A stretch of DNA of 64,000 nt, taken from an uncultured Gammaproteobacteria bacterium. GTDB taxonomy: Bacteria > Patescibacteriota > Patescibacteriia > Veblenbacterales > UBA10138. The notes under the pieces are model-generated. The model saw only the letters and a list, made by a program, of their open reading frames with translations, was not told the DNA's origin and did not search any database. The DNA is taken from contig CAYVOI010000001.1 of NCBI GenBank assembly GCA_964453605.1, positions 612,095-676,094 on the forward strand, in the 5' to 3' direction. Shown here piece by piece: positions 1 through 7,799 of the stretch (position 1 is the first letter of the stretch; each line of letters opens with the position of its first letter). The translations under genes were made by a program, and so were the position numbers.

Positions 1-297
1 CTTGAGCTTCTCCAACACCTGTTGGTGGGTTTCCTCGGTCACATCACGGAAGCGGAACAGCTCGCCTTGCGTGCCGGTAGGCTGTATCACGACCGTGCCC
101 AAGTTAAGCGGCGCCAGAGCCTGCTGCAGTGTATCAACGGCTGGGCGCGTGCCCTTGAAATCAACTTCCAGTAGGGAGCCGCCGGTAAAGTCGAGTCCAA
201 GCTTAAGGCCCCAGAGCGAGAGGGAGAGAACACCTCCCACAGCCAACAGCCCTGAGAACAGGTACCACCAACCGCGGCGTTGTATCAGACGTACCAT
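1..297 (-). CDS. secF: Protein translocase subunit SecF (N-terminal part; gene continues beyond left edge of window)
   Basis: Reverse-strand translation from the ATG at 295-297 gives MVRLIQRRGWWYLFSGLLAVGG...LKLGLDFTGGSLLEVDF..VIQP, the SecF N-terminus. It starts 3 nt after the secD stop. The listed + ORF 2..304 is its antisense. Confidence 0.7.
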   Translation of the reverse strand, partial: MVRLIQRRGWWYLFSGLLAVGGVLSLSLWGLKLGLDFTGGSLLEVDFKGTRPAVDTLQQALAPLNLGTVVIQPTGTQGELFRFRDVTEETHQQVLEKLK

Positions 298-300
298 ACG

Positions 301-2058
301 TTAGCTTGGGTTAGCTGGAGTGGCTTTAGGTTTAGAGACACCAAACGGGAACCGCCAGGTGGTCACACGGCCCACAGCTACTAACCTAAGCAAGGTGCGG
401 GTAACCGTGATGGCCGAGAACATGCTCACTAAGATACCTAAGATAAGCGTGATAGCAAAACCTTTTACCAAGCTGGTACCAAACCACATCAGCACGAACG
501 CCGTAATAAGGCTCGAGACGTTAGAGTCGCGAATCGACGTCCAAGCACGCTTGAAGCCCTCTTCAATAGCCTGGGTAAGGGGTTTACCAGCCCTAAGCTC
601 TTCACGTAAACGTTCAAAAATAAGTACGTTAGCATCAACCGCCATACCAATGGAGAGTATGTAGCCGGCGATGCCAGCCAGTGACAGCGTAATAGGAATG
701 AGCTTAAAGATGGCAAGTGTCAGCCCTGAGTAGAGTGCCAGCGCACCAACTGCCAGGAGCCCGGGCAAGCGGTAGTAGGCAATCATAAAGAACGCCACCA
801 GCAGAATACCAAGGAGGCCAGCTAGCAAACTCTTCTCCACAGAGGTGCGGCCTAGGGTAGCATCAACCTTCTCCTGTGTCAGCAGCTTCACGGGCACCGG
901 CAGTGCACCAGAGTTTAGGCGCTGGGCCAGCTGCTTAGCCTCGGGCAGGGTAAAGTTACCGGTAATAACCGCGCTACCACCGGTGATAGCCTGCTGAACG
1001 GTGGGGATGCTGATGGGGCTACCATCCAAAAAAATGGCTACGGGCTTGCCTACGTTGCGGGAGGTGATGTCGGCGAACAGCTTTTTACCTTCCTCGTTAA
1101 AAGTCAGGTTCACCTGGGGTAACCCCGTGCGCTGGTCAAACTCCACGGTTGCGCGCGTGAGCTGCTTACCCGAGAGCTGTGTCGTGACCCAGGTGTCAGC
1201 TGTCGGCGGCTTTTGTGTCTTGATCAAAATGTGGCTAGCGCGAACCTCCAGACCGTTAGCACCTTGCCGCTCGCCGGTTTTCTTAATAATGTGGTAACCA
1301 AAGTCGCTCTGCACCAGCTCCGGGTACACCTGGCCAACTTTAAGGGTCCAGACCGCATCCTCAAAGGGTTTTACCATCACGCCTTTACCAAAGAAGCCAA
1401 GGTCACCACCCGCGACCTTGCTGCCCTCATCCTCCGAGTACTGCTTAGCCAGACTAGCAAAGTCCTCGCCGCGCTTGACGCGCGCGAGCAAGCCTTGGGC
1501 TTTCGTTTTAGCCTCAGCGTTGTACTTGTCAGTGGCCGAGGTGTCTGGTGCCGCGGTGCTCTGCTCTTTAAACTCTAAAATCGGAGTTTCACCAATAACC
1601 TTGATGGCCTGCTGTACGTCCGTAACACCCGGCAGTTCTACGATCACGCGGTAGTTCTCGCCAACCTTGTCGGTCTGGACCAGGGTTTCCGCCAAGCCCT
1701 GCGGGTTCACGCGGCGGTCGATAATATCCCTGACCCCTTGAATAGCATCCGCCTGGTCACTGGAGGCTACGTGCGACATGTCAGCTTGGTACACCAGGTG
1801 GCTGCCACCTCTGAGGTCAAGCCCCAACTCAATGTTGTGCTTGGTAAACCATGAGTTACCAGGTACCCAGGTAGGGAGCTTGGGCCAATCAACCAAAAAC
1901 GCTAGCACAGCCAAGAGCAGTATGGCTATACACGAATGCCATACCTTCTTACGTGGTGTCATGTTCCGGAACAGCAGCTTGTAGAGCCCTACAAACGGCC
2001 ACCAAATGAACCCTAGTGCTGAGCTTATCCCCTCCCCGAGTTTGCGGAAAAACGCCAT
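301..2058 (-). CDS. secD: Protein translocase subunit SecD
   Basis: 585 aa with an N-terminal TM, a large periplasmic domain (GLDLRGGSHLVYQAD) and C-terminal multi-TM bundle. It sits immediately upstream of secF. Confidence 0.85.
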   Translation of the reverse strand: MAFFRKLGEGISSALGFIWWPFVGLYKLLFRNMTPRKKVWHSCIAILLLAVLAFLVDWPKLPTWVPGNSWFTKHNIELGLDLRGGSHLVYQADMSHVASSDQADAIQGVRDIIDRRVNPQGLAETLVQTDKVGENYRVIVELPGVTDVQQAIKVIGETPILEFKEQSTAAPDTSATDKYNAEAKTKAQGLLARVKRGEDFASLAKQYSEDEGSKVAGGDLGFFGKGVMVKPFEDAVWTLKVGQVYPELVQSDFGYHIIKKTGERQGANGLEVRASHILIKTQKPPTADTWVTTQLSGKQLTRATVEFDQRTGLPQVNLTFNEEGKKLFADITSRNVGKPVAIFLDGSPISIPTVQQAITGGSAVITGNFTLPEAKQLAQRLNSGALPVPVKLLTQEKVDATLGRTSVEKSLLAGLLGILLVAFFMIAYYRLPGLLAVGALALYSGLTLAIFKLIPITLSLAGIAGYILSIGMAVDANVLIFERLREELRAGKPLTQAIEEGFKRAWTSIRDSNVSSLITAFVLMWFGTSLVKGFAITLILGILVSMFSAITVTRTLLRLVAVGRVTTWRFPFGVSKPKATPANPS

Positions 2059-2164
2059 GGATAGTTCAACCGGTAAACAAAAGCCTGAACGCTCAGGCCA
2101 AACGTAACAAACGTACTATAGCATGGAACCTTGGGGGAGGCAAGACAAGCGGCTGTCTAGCAGC

Positions 2165-3928
2165 TTAGGCAATAAAACCGCCTGCCTGTAGCCCCCACAG
2201 AGTTTTGTACAGGCCACCCTTCTTCTCTATGAGCTCTGCGTGGTTGCCCTCTTCCTGCACCGCGCCATCGCGCACCACCACTATACGGTCGAGTTTCATA
2301 ATGGTTGAGAGCCGGTGGGCAATAACCAACGTGGTCTTTCCGCGCATGAGCGTGGCCAGTGCATCTTGGATAAGCGCCTCGGTTTGCGAATCAAGGCTCG
2401 AGGTGGCCTCGTCGAGCACTAGAATAGGCGCGTTCTTCAGAATGGCCCGGGCGATAGCCACGCGCTGGCGCTCACCACCAGAAAGCTTTACCCCGCGCTC
2501 CCCTACAAATGTCTGGTAGCCCCGGGGTAACTTGCTAATGAATTCATCACAGTGTGCCTGTTTAGCCGCCGCTACCACCTCGGCGTCGGTGGCATCACGC
2601 CGACCGTAGCGAATGTTATCTATGAGTGTACGGTGGAACAGCACTGGATCCTGCGGCACAAAGCTTACCCTCTGGCGGAGTGAATCTTGCGTGACCGAGG
2701 TAACGTTCTGACCATCGATGGTAATTTCACCACTCGTCAGGTCGTAGAACCTAAGTAGCAGTGCAACAAGTGTACTCTTGCCCGCCCCAGACGGCCCAAC
2801 CAAACCTACGTGCTCGCCAGGTGCGAGGCGTAGGGAAAAATTCTTAATTACCTGATGTGAGTCTATGTAGGTAAAGTTGACGCCCGTAAACTCCAGCGCA
2901 CCACGTGGGACTTGGAGGGTGGTGGCGCCGGGTCGGTCTTGCACCTGGTGAGGTTCGTTCAGTATTTCTACCATCTCGGCGGCGTCACCAAAGCGTCGGT
3001 ACATGCGACGAATAACCCGCCCGACACCCCACAGCTGGTCGAACACACGTATGACGTACACCTGCACCAGCACAAAGTCACCTATGGTGACAGCTCCTTG
3101 CCGCCAGAGCCTCAAGGCCGCGTAAAATATGGCAAACTCGAGCAGGACCATGAAGGCTACTTGTACTGCTTCGATGGTGGAGTCAAAGTTCCAGCTCCGA
3201 CGATCGAGCTGGAAGCGCTCCTCGGTGAGCTGACCAAACGCTCGCCGCTCATCGCTGTGCGCCGTGAACAATTTCACGGTCGACTGGTTCATGACAGTAT
3301 CAGCCAGGTAGCCACTCACCGCCGAGTCAGCTTTCGCCGCCACCTCGCTGAACTTAAGCTGCTGCAGTGAGAGGAAGTAGTTTATAGTGAGGTAGAGTAT
3401 AAGCCAACCGCTCAGCAGAGCACCGAGCACGGGGTAGCTCAAGAACAGCACCACCAGTATGAAGCTGAGACGGACCACCGTGCGCAGTATTTCCCACAAA
3501 AACATGTCGGTAATGTCTTCAAACGCGCCCACCAGCCGGCCCACACGTTTCACCAGGGCGCCGACAAAGCGATTGCTGAAGAAACCGAACGAGTGCCGGT
3601 GGAGGTACTCGAAACAGGTATTACTGAGTTCGGCAAAAATCCTCGGCTGGAAAAAGTTGTTCGTGAATGTGGCCACGCGGTACATGAGCCACATCAGCGC
3701 ATTAATGCCAAGAATGACGAACAAAATGTGGGCAAGTTGAGGAACTACCAACGCTCGAGCTAGTTCGGTAGTTGCCAGCACGTCGAAAAAACGCTTGTAG
3801 TAGAGCGGTGTTACCACCTCCAGGGCAGCGCCAATGGTGATGGTTGATACAATCAACCAAAACGCGCCGCGGTAGCGGCGCACGTGCTGCCAGAACAGCT
3901 GGTACGTTTGCTTAGTGATGTGCTTCAT
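2165..3928 (-). CDS. ABC transporter ATP-binding/permease fusion (MsbA-like exporter)
   Basis: 587 aa with six N-terminal TM helices and a C-terminal NBD. Walker A GPSGAGKST, ABC signature LSGGERQR, Walker B ILVLDEATSSLD. Confidence 0.85.
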   Translation of the reverse strand: MKHITKQTYQLFWQHVRRYRGAFWLIVSTITIGAALEVVTPLYYKRFFDVLATTELARALVVPQLAHILFVILGINALMWLMYRVATFTNNFFQPRIFAELSNTCFEYLHRHSFGFFSNRFVGALVKRVGRLVGAFEDITDMFLWEILRTVVRLSFILVVLFLSYPVLGALLSGWLILYLTINYFLSLQQLKFSEVAAKADSAVSGYLADTVMNQSTVKLFTAHSDERRAFGQLTEERFQLDRRSWNFDSTIEAVQVAFMVLLEFAIFYAALRLWRQGAVTIGDFVLVQVYVIRVFDQLWGVGRVIRRMYRRFGDAAEMVEILNEPHQVQDRPGATTLQVPRGALEFTGVNFTYIDSHQVIKNFSLRLAPGEHVGLVGPSGAGKSTLVALLLRFYDLTSGEITIDGQNVTSVTQDSLRQRVSFVPQDPVLFHRTLIDNIRYGRRDATDAEVVAAAKQAHCDEFISKLPRGYQTFVGERGVKLSGGERQRVAIARAILKNAPILVLDEATSSLDSQTEALIQDALATLMRGKTTLVIAHRLSTIMKLDRIVVVRDGAVQEEGNHAELIEKKGGLYKTLWGLQAGGFIA

Positions 3929-3999
3929 GTAACCTCGTATGACGTAAATACAACTCCGCCCTGAGGAGCTACTGTGCCTAACATATACTTAAGACGGAT

Positions 4000-4512
4000 T
4001 TAGCGACGATCCGTTACAGAATTACTCGTACGGCGTGGCCTAGTGGTTACGTACCAGGTGACGTAGGCAATGGTGAGGGCGCTGTAATTCAGAGCCATGA
4101 ACCACGGCTCGGCCCAGGAAAAGCTGTTGACGTGGAAACTCGACAGCGGCCACAGGAACGGGGTGGGGAAAAACGCCGTGCTGTGGGTAAAAATGTCTAT
4201 GCCGATGTGTAAACCCCAAGCACCCAACAGCCATGGCATGCGTTTACCACGAGCGAAATATACGACCACTACCACCGCTACCCACACTACCAAGCTATGC
4301 GTGTAGTTATACAGGTGGTAGACATAGGTCGGTATGCTAAGAAGCTCAGGTTTACCAATTGTGAAAAGTCCCTGAAACAAGCGCTGCACAAAGAACACGC
4401 CAAAACTGGCGAGGTCAGGCGCCACGCCAAAAAACACTGCCCACAGCCGCTGCCGCAGTGGAACTTTCTGGTACACTACTGCTGTCCACAAGCCATGAGC
4501 GAAAATATCCAT
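4000..4512 (-). CDS. Membrane-bound metal-dependent hydrolase-like protein (DUF457/YdjM-like)
   Basis: 170 aa polytopic membrane protein with several His residues (MDIFAHGLWT..). The family assignment is from memory of the DUF457 pattern. Confidence 0.4.
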   Translation of the reverse strand: MDIFAHGLWTAVVYQKVPLRQRLWAVFFGVAPDLASFGVFFVQRLFQGLFTIGKPELLSIPTYVYHLYNYTHSLVVWVAVVVVVYFARGKRMPWLLGAWGLHIGIDIFTHSTAFFPTPFLWPLSSFHVNSFSWAEPWFMALNYSALTIAYVTWYVTTRPRRTSNSVTDRR

Positions 4513-4514
4513 GG

Positions 4515-5300
4515 CTATTTGGACAGAATGAGCGCTAGGTCAATAACGAACAGACCGATGATGGCCCACTCGAGCAGGTTGGCCGTGCGGTCTTGCAGCC
4601 GCTCGATAATAAACTCACTTGAGCGCGCCATAATGTTGAGCTTGCGCTCCAGCGCGGCCGCCCGTGGGCCAATGGAGAACTGCGCACTCATCTCCTGATA
4701 CAGGTTCTGCATCTCAAGGCCACGGTCCCAGAGCACGTCGGGGTCGTCTAGGAGCTGTAAGTTGTAGGCTAGCTCGTGGTGTATAGCGAGCGCTAGCCCG
4801 ACCACCTTCACGAGCTCCCGGCGCCTGAGTACTAACCTACCCTCGCGCGAGAGCTGGTCAACCGACTCTTCGAGCTTACCTAGGGTTCGGTCAATCAAAT
4901 CCTCATAGTACTCCAAACTCACCGAGCGTGACAGCACGGTGGCTACCAGTTTTACCGTGTCGAGCCAAAAGGTTTTGACCGTGGCTTCTTCCGTGCTCGG
5001 GGCAGAGCGCCGAACCCCGACGTAGAGAGTAAAGGTGTCAGTGAACTCGCGGCGGTTGGTGCGCGAGGCGTAAGCTTTCAGCCGCTCGAGCCACTGCCTG
5101 GCCTCATCAGCGGTAAAGTTAAAAAAGACTACCGAGCCGTAGGCAAACACCACCACGTACTTATCCACCCGGCTCGCAACCACGAGCGGGCTGCGCTCAA
5201 CCACCTTCCCCCAGCCCTCGGCCGACGGGCGCAGGGCCGCCAGGTCAAAGCTGGTCGCTACGTCATAGGCTAAAACAGAAATGGAACGCAGCGCTGCCAT
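4515..5300 (-). CDS. DUF155 (Rmd1/YagE-like) family protein
   Basis: 261 aa with a soluble N-domain and one C-terminal TM. The pattern resembles the Rmd1/DUF155 family. It abuts the upstream ORF with a 2-nt gap. Confidence 0.45.
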   Translation of the reverse strand: MAALRSISVLAYDVATSFDLAALRPSAEGWGKVVERSPLVVASRVDKYVVVFAYGSVVFFNFTADEARQWLERLKAYASRTNRREFTDTFTLYVGVRRSAPSTEEATVKTFWLDTVKLVATVLSRSVSLEYYEDLIDRTLGKLEESVDQLSREGRLVLRRRELVKVVGLALAIHHELAYNLQLLDDPDVLWDRGLEMQNLYQEMSAQFSIGPRAAALERKLNIMARSSEFIIERLQDRTANLLEWAIIGLFVIDLALILSK

Positions 5301-5321
5301 AGGCTAGTGCTCTGCTAAAAG

Positions 5322-5528
5322 TTAGTACGCTTCACTGTGTGCTACCAGGTAGTGCCCGGCGCTCTCGCGCGTGAGCACGTAGTGTCTACCCTCGTGGTCC
5401 TGGAACTTGGCACGGTGTTCGAGTTTGGCCTGCTCAAACAAGGCCTCAGCTTCCTGCCCCATACCCTCCAGGTGGTAGAGCCCGTGCTCGTCACCTTCGA
5501 CCATGCGATCTAAAATTTTGAGCTGCAT
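5322..5528 (-). CDS. Small hypothetical protein (68 aa, His/Glu-rich)
   Basis: An ORF in the same orientation within a tightly packed minus-strand gene run. No recognisable motif. Confidence 0.3.
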   Translation of the reverse strand: MQLKILDRMVEGDEHGLYHLEGMGQEAEALFEQAKLEHRAKFQDHEGRHYVLTRESAGHYLVAHSEAY

Positions 5529-5539
5529 ATGCTTAAACG

Positions 5540-6088
5540 TTAGTGGGCACTGCCAGCCGCGGCTTTCTTCCGTGCCTGCTTACGCTCGAGGTAAATAACT
5601 AAGGTGATGAGGAACAGTGCTAAAACCGTTAGAAAAAAGTACCAGGCGGTAATACGGTGGAAGCGGAACAGGTAGAGCGTCACCTCGAACAAAAACTGCA
5701 GACCAAACACAATCGCCACCGTGTTCGACACCCGAAATAGTGCACGCTGCCAGGTGCCGAGGCGCCTGTTTCTGAGGAACAGCATGAGCGCCAAGAAAAA
5801 CACAAACAGCGGCAAGCTGACATAGGAGTGCAGCAGCAGTGAGGTAAAGATGTAGTGCTCCGCCGCACAGCTCTCGCCCCCCAAGGTCGGCAGCAGGCTG
5901 CCCTGGTTACAGCTCTGGTACTGTGGGTTGTAGAGACGGTTCAAATCGTAGAGTCCGCGTTCCCCCAGCGCAATGAGCGTGGCGGCGAGGAGTAGCGCCA
6001 AGAACACGCTCAGCGGCGTCAGGTGGTCTTTGGGTTTACTAAGGTGAGGCGTGTGCTGTACCGGCGGCGCGGTTTGAATGGGTGACAT
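5540..6088 (-). CDS. Integral membrane protein (4-5 TM, paired Cys in first loop)
   Basis: 182 aa with strongly hydrophobic segments and a QSCNQG...GESCAAEHY cysteine pair. A DsbB-like fold is possible but not supported by a CxxC motif. Confidence 0.45.
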   Translation of the reverse strand: MSPIQTAPPVQHTPHLSKPKDHLTPLSVFLALLLAATLIALGERGLYDLNRLYNPQYQSCNQGSLLPTLGGESCAAEHYIFTSLLLHSYVSLPLFVFFLALMLFLRNRRLGTWQRALFRVSNTVAIVFGLQFLFEVTLYLFRFHRITAWYFFLTVLALFLITLVIYLERKQARKKAAAGSAH

Positions 6089-6263
6089 ACAGCTCTAGCA
6101 TAGCGCGGGAGGAGCCTGCGGAGCAAGCTCTTGAAATCTCACAACTGTACAAAGAGGTAGGCCACCGTAGCAACCGTGGCGAGAGGCGGTAACTGGCGCC
6201 ACAGCTAAAATGTACGAGGTGCCCGAGCCATACGCTGAGCCTTGACCTGGTGGAGCCTAGCCC

Positions 6264-6803
6264 CTAGGCAGAAGGTACGCGCTGCTTCCTCATAGTTACC
6301 GTACTGCCCTCAAACTCGACCGTATCAAACGCCCCGCGCATAATGGTAATACCGTAGCCACCCTCGGAGGCAGCGGCGGCCGCCTCCACTGCTGCGGTCG
6401 GACCTGGTGGTACAAAGCCCTGACCCTGATCAGTCACCCGCACAACTATGTGCTCCGAGGTAAGGTCGAGCTGCACGTGCACCTTGAGCTTCCCCCGCTC
6501 ACTTACTTGAGCCGCCGCCAGACGTTGGTGGTAGAGCTGCTCGGCCCCGTGCTGCCGCTTCCCTGGCACCTGCAGGTTGCCATGCACTATGGCATTCGTA
6601 ATAGCTTCATCAATCGCCATGGGCACGTTGCCGAGCTCGTCTTCGGTCCAACCAGCAGCGGCTAGGCGTACGGCGAGCTCACGGCGTACAGCCTCAAGCA
6701 CGCCGGTGGTACTCGGGAATACCCAGTCGTTACCCGTGAGCTTTACCTCCTCACTGCCCGGTGGTTCACCACCCTCACGGTGTTCTGGTCGTGCTCCTAC
6801 CAT
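6264..6803 (-). CDS. Histidine-kinase-like ATPase (anti-sigma regulatory factor / RsbW-SpoIIAB-type Ser/Thr kinase)
   Basis: 179 aa with HATPase_c-like N-box (AIDEAITNAIVHGN), a G-box (TDQGQGF) and GGYGITIM motifs. Confidence 0.55.
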   Translation of the reverse strand: MVGARPEHREGGEPPGSEEVKLTGNDWVFPSTTGVLEAVRRELAVRLAAAGWTEDELGNVPMAIDEAITNAIVHGNLQVPGKRQHGAEQLYHQRLAAAQVSERGKLKVHVQLDLTSEHIVVRVTDQGQGFVPPGPTAAVEAAAAASEGGYGITIMRGAFDTVEFEGSTVTMRKQRVPSA

Positions 6804-6888
6804 AGCGTTGGTATGGGCTTAGCAGCGGCCACCTACCGACCTGGTCGCACGCTAGTCGCCTAGCAACGGCTAAGCCAGCGCTGGTAGC

Positions 6889-7305
6889 TTACTGCCAGAC
6901 GGCCAAGATCATGCCCGCCACCACCAAACTGACGAGCTGGCAGCTGATACCAATAAGGTAAGCAACCTTCGAGCGACCCTCAAACGTAACACTCGAGAGG
7001 TTGGTGGTAACCACAAACCCCAGCCACAGCCACAGCGCTATGAGGGCGCCCTGGGCAGCCGAGTCCAACAGCGCAAAGCTTATGAGCTGCCCGAGCACGT
7101 ACGTTTTAACAAAGGTAGCCAGGAGCTCAAGGCCCATCGCCCTCGGTGCCCCCTGCTTCATGGCCGCCATCTCGGTGTCAGTTTTACCGAGCGACCTCAG
7201 CCACAGCTTGCCAAAGAGTACAGGTGAGTACCACAGCCAGCCAATAGCCATGCTCACCAAAGTCACCACAAATACCGCCACCAGGTTAACGCTCATTGTA
7301 AACAT
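6889..7305 (-). CDS. DUF1761-like small membrane protein
   Basis: 138 aa with 4 TM helices and a LWYSPVLFGKLW motif typical of DUF1761. Confidence 0.45.
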   Translation of the reverse strand: MFTMSVNLVAVFVVTLVSMAIGWLWYSPVLFGKLWLRSLGKTDTEMAAMKQGAPRAMGLELLATFVKTYVLGQLISFALLDSAAQGALIALWLWLGFVVTTNLSSVTFEGRSKVAYLIGISCQLVSLVVAGMILAVWQ

Positions 7306-7799
7306 AGAGCTTAAAGGTTAGGGGTTAAGCTACCAGAAAATGGTACCACCAGGCCCTGGACTGTCAAATAAAAACAAGGGGGCGAGGTCTTCAAATCTCA
7401 CCACCCTTGCACTGTCGACTCGAGAGCAGAGCTGAGGCACTACTCAGCTTTGGTACATACTGCGACGGCCGACAGACCCGAGGCTTAGATTGGAATTGTA
7501 TTACAGGGACACCAGCAGTGGCCAGAGCGATTACGTGGGGAGGTGCACGCATCGCATGTGGGAGCCACTGCTGGGCCCTACACTTTTATCATTTTTTTAA
7601 GTGCTCTTAGTGTAGCCTGGCCATCGCGTTTTGTCAAGCCCTAGTCAAGCTGTCAAGCTTATAGAGTAGTGAACCAGCTCAGCCCGACCGACGGGCACCG
7701 CTCCTATTCATTAGTGGCGGCACTTGACGTACGTAACTCAGGAGCTAAGATGGTGCCCAGAAGACAAACAACTTACCTTAACACACTCATACTAAGGAG

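Noticed and set aside
2-304. 100-aa + strand ORF at the left edge
   Set aside because: Antisense to the secF N-terminus (the minus-strand translation gives a canonical SecF start MVRLIQRRGWW...GLDFTGG). Composition is not protein-like.
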